From positions 1-36,644 of the forward strand of contig CBDUQR010000030.1 in NCBI GenBank assembly GCA_965369655.1: 36,644 bases of DNA, given 5' to 3'. The DNA is from an uncultured bacterium (GTDB lineage: Bacteria > Zixibacteria > MSB-5A5 > JAABVY01 > JAHJOQ01). Below, piece by piece: positions 9,662 through 18,851 of this stretch (position 1 is its first letter; the number at the start of each line of letters is the position of its first letter). The notes beneath the pieces are model-generated. The model was not told the DNA's origin. It ran no database searches and saw only the letters and a list, made by a program, of their open reading frames with translations. The position numbers and the translations under genes are program-made.

Positions 9662-10185
9662 AATCACCGCTATACGCCATGGCGCTCTCGGCGATTCTCG
9701 CCGCGCTCTGCTATGTCACGATGCTGCCCCTGATCGGATTCTACAATGTCTTCCTGACATTGTTTATCTGTTTCGCGGCCGGAGTCATGTTAGGACCGGG
9801 CTGGGGTTTCCTGACCGGCGTGGTGGGTATGTTTCTATGTTCATATTTCAACCCGCTCGGAGCCGCTCTCCCGCCGATCATGCTGGCACAGATGATTGGC
9901 GCGGGACTCTCCGGATTGTTGGGCGGCTGGCTCAGTAAGATGCTGACAGGACGAAGGGCTGGCGTCGGGATATACATATTGATGGGATTCCTCGGTCTTG
10001 TGACTGCGCTGTTCTATCACTTGCTGGTCGATATAGTCGACGCATGGCTGTGGGGACCGTTCTGGGCGAGGCTTCAACTCGGCCTGATATCTTCACTGGT
10101 GACAATTATCTCAAACATCGTTATATTCGTCGTGTTGTATCCGGTTCTGAGGGCGCTGTCGGGCGCGGTCAGAATCCGGGATTGA
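9658..10185 (+). CDS. ECF transporter S component (CbrT-like)
   Basis: 175-aa hydrophobic protein with an AxxxA helix 1 (SAILAALC) and GVMLGPGWGFLTG. Confidence 0.75.
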   Translation: MKSPLYAMALSAILAALCYVTMLPLIGFYNVFLTLFICFAAGVMLGPGWGFLTGVVGMFLCSYFNPLGAALPPIMLAQMIGAGLSGLLGGWLSKMLTGRRAGVGIYILMGFLGLVTALFYHLLVDIVDAWLWGPFWARLQLGLISSLVTIISNIVIFVVLYPVLRALSGAVRIRD

Positions 10186-10247
10186 CGTTCGTCGACGGTT
10201 GCAGGCGCAACATCCAGCGTCGAAGTTAGTACAACGACCAGACTGGA

Positions 10248-12233
10248 TTGCAAATGGAAATTCGATTGGCCGGAGAAGTCAGGATGTTCCTGCTGACATT
10301 TCTGTTGGCCACAGTAGCATCTGCGCAGTCGGTTGACCCTTCTGGCGACAGCATCAGAGTAGTCGATTCGCTCTCGAATCGCCCTGATATTTACACCCCG
10401 GATTCGTTGTCGTCTGTACGCGATTCGCTTGCGCGCTTGATTTTCACAGACAGTGCAGAAACGATTGTTGAGTATCCCGATTTCTACGACGAGCAGATCG
10501 AGGCAATTGCTTCACCGAGCCGCCGCGGCATTCGCATCACAGGGAATCAGGATCGGATGCACTTCACACTCAGGGATGCGGTGCGACCGATCACATCGTT
10601 CTATGCTCTCAAGTTCGGCCCACCCGGACAGAGCTATTCACTCACATACCTCGGTTTGCCTCCCTATATGTACTATCGCGAACCGGATCATGCCGGAGCG
10701 TACGATGTGTACCAGTTTCCACCTGTGGGATTGCCGGACATGAGGCTTTTCAGTCTCGAACAGGGCGACCTGCTCGTTGTCGACACCGATGATCCGATGA
10801 CCGGAACAGCCTCGATTGAGGCACGGACGGCCGCATTCAACGACGAAACGGCATACTCCGAGGCACAGATTTTCAAAGGTGATTATTTATACGCGAACAC
10901 AGATGTGATATTCAAACAGAACACGAGCGAGAGACTCGGTTGGGGATTCAGAATCGGGATCGAGAAGAGCGACGGGTATATTTCGTCGTCTGCGAAAGCG
11001 CGGGAGAACTACAATGTCGGCGTCAGGTACAAGCTCAATTCCAGATGGCAGCTCGGCTCGAATCTGAGGTTCATGAGTGTCGATGATCGACTTGCCCAAC
11101 TCGGTAGATGGAGGTCGGTGATCGCGGAAGGGGACAGGTCACTGAGCGGGCTGACCGTTCTTGCCATGAAACGCGATAGCACGCGATGCGCACTCAATGT
11201 TTCCGCATGGTGGCAGAAGTTCGAGGAGAAGATAAGATCGAGTCGATTCTTCCTCTGGCAACTCCACGAGCAGTCAGGCGCGAAAGTCTCAATCAAACGG
11301 GCTATCGGCGCACACGCTCTGTTCTTCCGTCCGCAGATTGTATACAGTCATGTTACATTCGATCACGGGTACGATTATTACACGAGAGTGATCGCCGACG
11401 GTGGAATCGATCTGAGAACCGGCAGAGATTTGTCGTGCCTTATTTCCGGGAATTACCTTTTCGACTGGGGTAGCGCGTCACGAGTCGGCGGGACCTTGCG
11501 AACAACATACGATCTCAAGTCACGAGCAACAGTCTATGCCTCCGGCACTGTGAAGCACATTCCGCCGTCAGATATGGCCAGATTTCTCAAACCGAAGGGG
11601 GCAGATTTCAATCTTGACGGTTTCCCGGAATACAATCACGGGGGCGACCCGACGCTGAAACCGACGATGCTCGCGGTTGCGTCCGGCGGGATTACATTGA
11701 GGCGCGAACACTGGTCGATTGCTGCTAACGGAAAAGCCGGAAGAATCACCGACATGGTCATCTGGCAAGCCTATGATGGCAGTCAGGGCGGACTCTACCA
11801 GTCTGAGGCTGTCGACGCCGATCTCTACACTGGTTCTCTGGATGCCGATGTACTGCTTTTCGACCGGATATCCCTGAAATCATCATACACCTACGCCAGA
11901 ATTGAGCAGACTGATTTGGAGAACAACCTCTCTGTCATGCCGAGGCACAACGCGTATGGTTCCATATCATTGAGGCAGCATATCAAGCGATTGAGGCTCA
12001 ATCTGGTTCCGAGCATCGAGGCGGAGTATCATTCGGAGAATTTCAGAAGCTACGCCAATCCGGAGAAACTCAACGGTTATCTTCTCGTACATGGGAAGTT
12101 CTCGGTGAGGATAAAAAGTTTCAACTTCTATTACACTATGGAGAATATCCTGAACAAGACTCATCAGACCGTGTACTACTATCCCTCGAACCGACGCGTC
12201 TGGTGGGGGATACGATGGATATTTCTTAACTGA
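10248..12233 (+). CDS. Outer-membrane beta-barrel protein (putative porin / TonB-dependent receptor-like); start may be ATG 10254 or 10284
   Basis: Signal peptide ending VASA-Q, plug-like GPPGQ segment, amphipathic beta strands, C-terminal ENILNK...RRVWWGIRWIFLN. Confidence 0.75.
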   Translation: MQMEIRLAGEVRMFLLTFLLATVASAQSVDPSGDSIRVVDSLSNRPDIYTPDSLSSVRDSLARLIFTDSAETIVEYPDFYDEQIEAIASPSRRGIRITGNQDRMHFTLRDAVRPITSFYALKFGPPGQSYSLTYLGLPPYMYYREPDHAGAYDVYQFPPVGLPDMRLFSLEQGDLLVVDTDDPMTGTASIEARTAAFNDETAYSEAQIFKGDYLYANTDVIFKQNTSERLGWGFRIGIEKSDGYISSSAKARENYNVGVRYKLNSRWQLGSNLRFMSVDDRLAQLGRWRSVIAEGDRSLSGLTVLAMKRDSTRCALNVSAWWQKFEEKIRSSRFFLWQLHEQSGAKVSIKRAIGAHALFFRPQIVYSHVTFDHGYDYYTRVIADGGIDLRTGRDLSCLISGNYLFDWGSASRVGGTLRTTYDLKSRATVYASGTVKHIPPSDMARFLKPKGADFNLDGFPEYNHGGDPTLKPTMLAVASGGITLRREHWSIAANGKAGRITDMVIWQAYDGSQGGLYQSEAVDADLYTGSLDADVLLFDRISLKSSYTYARIEQTDLENNLSVMPRHNAYGSISLRQHIKRLRLNLVPSIEAEYHSENFRSYANPEKLNGYLLVHGKFSVRIKSFNFYYTMENILNKTHQTVYYYPSNRRVWWGIRWIFLN

Positions 12234-12243
12234 GGAGGATCGA

Positions 12244-12798
12244 TTGATCTCGCGAGACGACGCATACAGGCTGGTGACCGAACGTGTAACACAGAAGAAT
12301 CTCGTGAAACATATTCTCGCGGTCGAGGCTGTAATGATCCGACTCGCCGAGCATTTCGGCGAGGATTCGAGTATCTGGGGACTTGTCGGGTTGCTTCACG
12401 ATCTCGACTACAGCGTCACAGCCGACATACCTGAGAAGCATACGTTCACGACCGAAGAGTGGCTGGACGAAATCGATGCTGGATTGACGGCTGAGATGAT
12501 GCACGCCATCCGCGCTCATCCGGGACACATCCCGTGCGAAAGCAGACTGGACTGGGCGCTCTATTGCTCCGATCCGGTGACAGGCCTGATCGTCGCCGGT
12601 GTGCTGATGCACCCATCGAAGAAGCTCGCGAATGTCGATGCCGAGTTCATGCTCAGACGGTTCAAAGAGAAGCGTTTCGCAGCAGGCGCCGACAGGGAGG
12701 CTATCGCATCATGCGAGAAAATCGAACTGCCGCTCGATCAGTTTATGACTCTCGCCATCGATGGCATGAGAGGTATCTCCGACCAACTCGGATTCTGA
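12244..12798 (+). CDS. HDIG-type HD-domain hydrolase
   Basis: LVKH...GLLHDLD...AIRAH...DPVTGLI...KEKRFAAG. RBS GAGGAGG before the TTG start. Confidence 0.9.
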   Translation: MISRDDAYRLVTERVTQKNLVKHILAVEAVMIRLAEHFGEDSSIWGLVGLLHDLDYSVTADIPEKHTFTTEEWLDEIDAGLTAEMMHAIRAHPGHIPCESRLDWALYCSDPVTGLIVAGVLMHPSKKLANVDAEFMLRRFKEKRFAAGADREAIASCEKIELPLDQFMTLAIDGMRGISDQLGF

Positions 12799-12805
12799 TT
12801 CGATC

Positions 12806-14155
12806 ATGACACGCTCAGTTCGTCAGGAGAAGCTCTCGCTGTTCGGGTGGCTGAGCTACGACTTCGCCAACACGATCTTCTCGATGAATATCCTGACGAT
12901 GTACTTCGCGCAATGGATCATCATCGATTTGGGTTATCCCGACATATACTACAGTACGGCGTACTCGATCTCGATGATCGCCGTAGCACTCACGCTTCCG
13001 ATCCTCGGCCACAGGTCTGATCTGTTATGCAACAGGAAGCGGTACCTCGTGATGTTTACATTCGGGTGCATCGTGGCCACGACATTCCTGGGCGTATCCG
13101 TCTTCGCAATTGGCGATATCGCTGTTCTCGGCATGCTTGCGCTGGTGAGCGTGGCGGTCGCGAATTACTTCTATGAGGGCAGCCTGGTCTTCTACAACGC
13201 TCTTCTGCCATCGGTCTCGAACAAGAGCAATGTCGGGACGATTTCAGGGCTCGGTGTCGGGCTTGGGTACGTTGGAGCGATAGTTGGGCTGTTGTTGATC
13301 CAGCCGGTTGTGGATGGCGCGATACCCTGGATTCCGGCAGGTAGGCAGTCGGCCTTTCTGCCGACTGCGATGTTGTTCCTGTTGTTTTTCCTTCCGACCT
13401 TTCTGTTCCTGAAGGATAAACAGGCGACCGTACCGGTTCTCAGTGAATCAAGAGGCCTCAGGCGGCTCTGGAAAGACCTGCGAGATGCGCGGAAATACCC
13501 TGGCGCATTCAGGTTTCTCATCGCAGATTTTCTTTTCGAGGACGCTATCGCAACGCTGATCATATTCATGGCGGTGTATGCCGAGAAGGTCATGGGATTC
13601 CCGGACAGTACCAAGGTCACTCTGTTCATCGTCTCAACAATATCTGCTGTGATCGGCTCTGTCCTGAGCGGCCGTATCTCCGACAGGCTCGGCCACTACA
13701 GGACGCTCAAAGCTGTGGTATGCGGCTGGGTATTGCTCTTAACGGCGGTAGCATTCACCACGAGCCGACCGATGTACTGGGTGCTTGGATCGATCTTCGG
13801 AGTACTTCTCGGTTCTACATGGACGATCTCACGCCCTCTCCTCAATCAACTTGTGCCTGAACGCAAGCTGGGACTCTTCTACGGTCTTTACAGCTTGTCT
13901 GGCAGAGCAGCCGCAGTCCTGGGACCGATCCTCTGGGGGTTGGTTGTCCTTCGTCTTACTTCCGAGAGCGCACTCGCAAGGCTGGTGACGGGAACATTCG
14001 GCGCATTAGGTGTGAGTGTCCAGGACGCTGTGCTGCAAACGATTCAGTATCGCTTCGCGGTCGGTTCATTGGCAATACTTGTGCTCATCGGACTGGTTAT
14101 CTACTGGAGAATCCCCGATCCCGCAAAATCAGGGTTGACATATCCCGGTTCTTAG
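12806..14155 (+). CDS. MFS transporter (UMF1/Atg22-like)
   Basis: W..YDFAN, FYNALLP, SGLGVGLGYVG, FYGLYSLSGRAAAVLGP; about 12 TM helices. Confidence 0.9.
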   Translation: MTRSVRQEKLSLFGWLSYDFANTIFSMNILTMYFAQWIIIDLGYPDIYYSTAYSISMIAVALTLPILGHRSDLLCNRKRYLVMFTFGCIVATTFLGVSVFAIGDIAVLGMLALVSVAVANYFYEGSLVFYNALLPSVSNKSNVGTISGLGVGLGYVGAIVGLLLIQPVVDGAIPWIPAGRQSAFLPTAMLFLLFFLPTFLFLKDKQATVPVLSESRGLRRLWKDLRDARKYPGAFRFLIADFLFEDAIATLIIFMAVYAEKVMGFPDSTKVTLFIVSTISAVIGSVLSGRISDRLGHYRTLKAVVCGWVLLLTAVAFTTSRPMYWVLGSIFGVLLGSTWTISRPLLNQLVPERKLGLFYGLYSLSGRAAAVLGPILWGLVVLRLTSESALARLVTGTFGALGVSVQDAVLQTIQYRFAVGSLAILVLIGLVIYWRIPDPAKSGLTYPGS

Positions 14156-14162
14156 CTATAAT
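14135..14162 (+). promoter_or_regulatory. Consensus sigma70 promoter for the cohesin/dockerin genes, overlapping the MFS 3' end
   Basis: TTGACA (14135-14140)-N16-TATAAT (14157-14162). RBS GAGG before ATG 14235. Confidence 0.75.
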
Positions 14163-14234
14163 ACTGTTGGTACTGTCCGAAATGCTCCCGCCGGTTCGGG
14201 GCTGGGATTTTAACATATTTGAGAGGAAGCCGCC

Positions 14235-15665
14235 ATGTATCAAGTAACACTTCGACTGATTGCTGCAATCTTTGTTGTATCATTGCTTTGCGGATTTGCT
14301 TTGCACGCTGCCGATCCGGAGGATTCGACGCTGTTCGTATTGCCCCATATTTTGGCGCAACCCGGTGAAACCATCAGTATGCCGTTTTCAATCAATACAA
14401 TCCATGATATAGGAGGTTTTAACTTCCTGTTTAGTCATGAGACCAATGCTCTCGATGCAATCGAGATGACTTCGGATGGCACTCGTTCGGAAGGATTGGA
14501 TATCTTCACCTGGGCAATTGCCAATTCCTCACCTCAGGTGATAGCTGGCGTCGGCGCCTTCCTACCTGCGGAATTCATTCCAGCCGGTGATGGTCCGGTC
14601 GCGAACTTTATTTTGGATGTCAACCAGTCACTTCCATTTGGATGCCTGCTGCCGTTGACATTCTTCGACGAAGTCGGATTTGGCGCCAGGAGGAATGCGA
14701 TAACTGATCCTGAGGCTACCACTGAGTTCAACCCTGATTTCAACAATGGATCGATTCTGATTCCACTTGATACAGTCGGTGTTTTCTTCGATCCGGGAGA
14801 TGTGAATGTAAACGGGTTAGCCTACGAGATCGCCGATGCTGTGTTGATGTCCATTCAGCTAAGCGAAGGCATAGAATCGTATATGGATGAAGCGCAGCAG
14901 GCGCGAAACTCTGATGTGAACGTCGACCTGCTGCCCTGGACGATTGCGGATCTTGTGTTGATAATGGATGTAGTAAATGGTACCCTTCCCCCTCCGCCGG
15001 AAGAACCGGTTACGGAAGTAATCCACTTGCCAGGGGATTCGATCTGGTTTGATGCGTACGAAGGCACTCCGGTTGACACATTAGAAATACCGATCTATGC
15101 TGCAAACAGTATTCCGGCTGGGGGCTTGTCATTCAAATTGAGTTATCAATTGCACGAGTTGGAGTTAGTTTCATATTCACTGGACGGCACGCGGATGCCG
15201 CCTGAATGGAGCACGGTTTCTGCAGTCGAACGGTCAGATGGTTTAATGTTCTTTGCTACGACAGAATTCGGCACCAGTCCGCAGTATCACATGATGCCAG
15301 CCGATGATGGGCTGATTGTGACGCTCAAGTTCGCTGTTCTTAATCCAACGTCGAATTACTTCGATGTCCATTTTGAGCGATTGCAACATCATGGTCAGGT
15401 GAATGGATATGGCACGTTTGACTGGGGATGGCCATACTGGCATTTTGCGTCGTTACAGAATGTCGACAGAGCGATGTACTTCAGCTTCATATATGGTGAT
15501 GCCGACGGGTCGGGAGCTATCGACATTGATGACGTCGTCTACCTGATCCAGTACATATTCAACAGCGGGCCTCCACCGCCTGTCTACGACGCCGGTGATT
15601 TCAACAGAGATTTCTTCATCGATATAGATGATGTGACAGCGTTACTCGACTTCATCTTCGGGTAA
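14235..15665 (+). CDS. Secreted protein: cohesin-like, dockerin, cohesin-like, dockerin
   Basis: Signal peptide. Cohesin-like PGETISMPFSINTIHDIGGFNFLFSHE and PVDTLEIPIYAANSIPAGGLSFKLSYQ. Dockerins GDVNVNG..EIAD..SDVNVD..TIAD and GDADGSGAIDIDDVVYL..GDFNRDFFIDIDDV. Confidence 0.8.
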   Translation: MYQVTLRLIAAIFVVSLLCGFALHAADPEDSTLFVLPHILAQPGETISMPFSINTIHDIGGFNFLFSHETNALDAIEMTSDGTRSEGLDIFTWAIANSSPQVIAGVGAFLPAEFIPAGDGPVANFILDVNQSLPFGCLLPLTFFDEVGFGARRNAITDPEATTEFNPDFNNGSILIPLDTVGVFFDPGDVNVNGLAYEIADAVLMSIQLSEGIESYMDEAQQARNSDVNVDLLPWTIADLVLIMDVVNGTLPPPPEEPVTEVIHLPGDSIWFDAYEGTPVDTLEIPIYAANSIPAGGLSFKLSYQLHELELVSYSLDGTRMPPEWSTVSAVERSDGLMFFATTEFGTSPQYHMMPADDGLIVTLKFAVLNPTSNYFDVHFERLQHHGQVNGYGTFDWGWPYWHFASLQNVDRAMYFSFIYGDADGSGAIDIDDVVYLIQYIFNSGPPPPVYDAGDFNRDFFIDIDDVTALLDFIFG

Positions 15666-15712
15666 GTCTCAGTCGGTATGTTCAGCCCAGTTGAATGGCT
15701 GGATAGGGAGGA

Positions 15713-17185
15713 ATGATGAAGTACTTCGATTATCTTTCACAGAGACGAAGCCATGTTCTGTTGATTGCGTTTTTAGTGGCTGTCATATTCGGATTCGCAG
15801 GTCCTGAAACCTCAGTGCAGGATTGGACAAAACCGCTGACAAGAATGGAATTAGAGATTTGGAGTCCTCCTGCATCCCTTGGGGATACCACTACAATGCG
15901 AATACTTCTGGAAGGAGACATGGAAGGATACTCCTTCGAGCGTTTCAGTTTTACCATCACGTATGACACAGCGGCATTAACATTTATCGGTGGTTCGATG
16001 GGGGCATTCGTGGATTCTTGTGGATGGGAAGCGCAACATCTTCTTGAGCCATCCAATGGTGTCATCCAGATATTCGCGCACGCTGACCTTGATGGAACCC
16101 CAGAAACACCAACGTGTTTTCTCGACACCAGAGATGTAATCCTTGCCGAATTGGACTTTGAGGTAACAACTGATACTGCCTATGATTGCACGTCTACGGT
16201 ACTGAGGTTCTTTTGGGAAGATTGTAATAGCAATGTTTACTGGTCAGCGAGTTCCGATACGATCTATCTGTCTGACGAAGTATCAGATTGGGACTTGAAT
16301 TTTGGCTATTGGCGTATTAATCAAGATGACTCTCTGCCGACAATTCACGGCGCTCCGGATTCGTGTGCTTCTTCGGGTAGTGGAAAACCTCGAAATAGGA
16401 TGATGGATTTTTATGCTGGGCACGTTGATTTCATCTGCACAGGTTCAATCGACTTGCGAGGCGACCTGAACCTGAACAATGTTCCCAATGAGATAGCTGA
16501 TCTGGTGCTGTTTACTCACTATTTTCTGCTTGGTATTGATGTATTCGAAATCAACCAGGAGGTGCAGGTTCACAATAGTGATGTGAATGCAGATAGTTCT
16601 GTTCTCAGAGTTAGTGATATTATATACCTTATGCGTATAGTAGTAGGTGATGCAAACCCTTTCCCAAAATCCCAAGGTGAAAAAGCGCTAAAAGCGCACA
16701 TTCTGCAGGATGATGTAGCCAAAACGATAACAGTGGAGTATCCTGACACGTTAGCAGGGCTATACCTTGTCTTCTCTAACAGTATTGAGCCTGAGTTTGT
16801 TGAACAGTGGGAACACATTTACACTTTTGCCCATCATCATATTGGTGGGAAAACGAACGTTTTACTACTCTTCGAGCCATACGATAAGCCCGAATCATTC
16901 GATTCGATGTTATTGTTCAGCTATTCAGGGGAAGGGGTTTTGAAGTATGCTGAGGTGGGCGACTTCCGAAATCGCTACGTTGAAACAGTCATCCATTCGC
17001 GTTTACCAATTGACCTTGACGGAATAATTATGCTTCTGGGATATATTTTCTCCGGAAACTATGTGCCTGAGCCGTTGGAGTCGGGTGATGTCAACTGCGA
17101 CGGAATCGTTGACATCGATGATGTCGTTTATCTGTTGGAATATATCTTCGCGGGTGGTCCAGAGCCGTACATAGATTGCCCGTGA
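15713..17185 (+). CDS. Secreted or membrane-anchored protein with a cohesin-like domain, an internal dockerin and a C-terminal dockerin
   Basis: Hydrophobic N-terminus. LGDTTTMRILLE..FSFTITYDTAALTF. RGDLNLNNVPNEIADLV..SDVNAD. C-terminal GDVNCDGIVDIDDVVYLLEYIFAGGPEP. RBS GGAGG. Confidence 0.8.
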   Translation: MMKYFDYLSQRRSHVLLIAFLVAVIFGFAGPETSVQDWTKPLTRMELEIWSPPASLGDTTTMRILLEGDMEGYSFERFSFTITYDTAALTFIGGSMGAFVDSCGWEAQHLLEPSNGVIQIFAHADLDGTPETPTCFLDTRDVILAELDFEVTTDTAYDCTSTVLRFFWEDCNSNVYWSASSDTIYLSDEVSDWDLNFGYWRINQDDSLPTIHGAPDSCASSGSGKPRNRMMDFYAGHVDFICTGSIDLRGDLNLNNVPNEIADLVLFTHYFLLGIDVFEINQEVQVHNSDVNADSSVLRVSDIIYLMRIVVGDANPFPKSQGEKALKAHILQDDVAKTITVEYPDTLAGLYLVFSNSIEPEFVEQWEHIYTFAHHHIGGKTNVLLLFEPYDKPESFDSMLLFSYSGEGVLKYAEVGDFRNRYVETVIHSRLPIDLDGIIMLLGYIFSGNYVPEPLESGDVNCDGIVDIDDVVYLLEYIFAGGPEPYIDCP

Positions 17186-17209
17186 GTTCTGTCACATCTC
17201 ATGTTCGAC

Positions 17210-17237
17210 AAGGGTCGCCATACACGGCGGCCCTTTT
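17210..17237 (+). terminator. Intrinsic terminator after the cohesin/dockerin genes
   Basis: AAGGGTCGCC-atacac-GGCGGCCCTT-TT. Confidence 0.65.
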
Positions 17238-17255
17238 CATGTTGTCTCGAAATTT

Positions 17256-17334
17256 GTGGGGCAAAACCCGAAGCGGTTTTGCCTCTTGGAATAAATGGCA
17301 GAACCGCTCCGCTTCGCTTCGGGTTCTTCCCTAC
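17256..17334. repeat. Inverted GTGG/GTAG-type REP doublet (REPIN-like)
   Basis: Plus strand GTGGGGCAAAACCCGAAGCGGTTTTGCC (17256-17283). Minus strand GTAGGGAAGAACCCGAAGCGAAGCGGAGCGGTTCTGCC (17297-17334). Confidence 0.65.
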
Positions 17335-17404
17335 AAGACTGTAAGTGGCTAATGCATCTGCGATTACAGAGTCGCATGGTCGTGTTTCGTTATCCAAATA
17401 ATAG

Positions 17405-17433
17405 TTGACACCCAATCGGCGATTCTTTAGATT
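17405..17433 (+). promoter_or_regulatory. Sigma70 promoter of the nuo operon
   Basis: TTGACA-N17-TAGATT, 34 nt upstream of the nuoA GTG. Confidence 0.7.
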
Positions 17434-17467
17434 GGCCGCTACTTGTTGAGCGGGGAAAGGAAAGCGC

Positions 17468-17827
17468 GTGTTTGAGACATACTTCCCGATTGTTTTTCTG
17501 CTGTTCGTATCCATCGCTGCAGGCGGGGGGCTGTATCTCGTCTCAAAATTCCTCGGCAGGAAAAGCCCAGAGTCAAAATTCATGGACACGCCATACGAAT
17601 GCGGGATCGAGCCGGTCGGCACCACGAGGGAACGATTCCCGGTTAAGTTCTATCTGATTGCGATCTTATTCATCGTATTCGATATCGAAGTCGTCTTCAT
17701 GTACCCATGGGCGGTAGTGTATGACAGGCTTGCATTGTTCGGATTCATCGAGATGCTGGTGTTTATCGGCGTTCTCCTTATCGGTTATGTGTACATCCTG
17801 CGCAGCGGAGCATTGAAGTGGGATTAG
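17468..17827 (+). CDS. nuoA: NADH-quinone oxidoreductase subunit A
   Basis: [32 protein letters not shown]. Confidence 0.97.
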   Translation: MFETYFPIVFLLFVSIAAGGGLYLVSKFLGRKSPESKFMDTPYECGIEPVGTTRERFPVKFYLIAILFIVFDIEVVFMYPWAVVYDRLALFGFIEMLVFIGVLLIGYVYILRSGALKWD

Positions 17828-18297
17828 AAGAGAAAGTTCCGGATGGCGTCCTGCTGACAAGCGTGGACAAAATGGTCAACTGGTCGAGAAAGTCGTCACT
17901 GTGGCCGCTTGGGTTTGGGCTCGCATGTTGTGCAATCGAGATGATGTCCGCGTTTGGTCCGAGGTTCGATCTGGCAAGATTCGGGATGGAGGTAATGAGG
18001 CCGTCTCCTCGCCAGGCTGATCTGATGATCGTCTCCGGCAGGGTGTCGAACAAGATGGCTCCAGTTTTGATTCGGCTGTACGAGCAGATGCCATCACCGA
18101 AGTGGGTGATCGCGATGGGCGCGTGCGCATCGACTGGCGGCGTTTTTAATAACTACGCTATTTTGCAGGGTGTGGATAAGATTCTGCCTGTGGACATCTA
18201 TGTTCCCGGCTGTCCTCCGAGACCCGAACAGTTGATAGATGGAATCGTGAAGTTGCAGGAGAAGATCGAGAAGGAATCGGTTAAGAAGACCGTCTAA
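17818..18297 (+). CDS. nuoB: NADH-quinone oxidoreductase subunit B
   Basis: [34 protein letters not shown]. Confidence 0.98.
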   Translation: MGLEEKVPDGVLLTSVDKMVNWSRKSSLWPLGFGLACCAIEMMSAFGPRFDLARFGMEVMRPSPRQADLMIVSGRVSNKMAPVLIRLYEQMPSPKWVIAMGACASTGGVFNNYAILQGVDKILPVDIYVPGCPPRPEQLIDGIVKLQEKIEKESVKKTV

Positions 18298-18341
18298 ACA
18301 GACCTGATATCGCTCTGGGTAACGAATTCGCAAGAAACGGA

Positions 18342-18851
18342 ATGCTCGAAATACACGATAAAACAGAGTCGGCTCTGAAGGAGAACTTCTCAGGCAGCAT
18401 CCTTGATATCTCACACTTCAGGGATGAGTTAACTTTTCTTATTGAGAAAGACGCGCTGAGCGCCATAGTCACTTTCCTGAAAGACTCTCCGGAATTCAGA
18501 TATGGTTTTCTTTCTGATCTGACCGCCACCGACTGGCCTGATGATGAGAAGCGTCACGAAGTTGTCTATCTGCTCTACTCTTTCGATTCACACAGTTATG
18601 TTCGCATCAAGGTCCGTTTGAGTGAAGGGGAGACGATCGCTTCGCTGACAGGTGTCTGGGATATCGCCAACTGGTTCGAACGCGAGGTTTTCGATCTGTT
18701 CGGAGTCAAGTTCGATGGTCACCCGGATATGACGAGGATTCTTACGCCGGATGAATTCGAAGGTCATCCTCTCAGGAAAGATTTCCCTCTGACATACGAG
18801 ATGCCTCAGTTCTCGCACAACCTGGATGATCCGCCGGAGGTTATCAAGTAG
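18342..18851 (+). CDS. nuoC: NADH-quinone oxidoreductase subunit C
   Basis: ANWFEREVFDLFG..F.GHP, GHPLRKDFPL. Confidence 0.97.
   Translation: MLEIHDKTESALKENFSGSILDISHFRDELTFLIEKDALSAIVTFLKDSPEFRYGFLSDLTATDWPDDEKRHEVVYLLYSFDSHSYVRIKVRLSEGETIASLTGVWDIANWFEREVFDLFGVKFDGHPDMTRILTPDEFEGHPLRKDFPLTYEMPQFSHNLDDPPEVIK

Noticed and set aside
10186-10247. Cobalamin riboswitch before the OM barrel gene
   Set aside because: The spacer is only about 60 nt and has no B12-box.
12796-12830. Sec recoding at the TGA stops of the HD protein and the 15713 protein
   Set aside because: No SECIS-like hairpin at the right spacing and no redox motif context.
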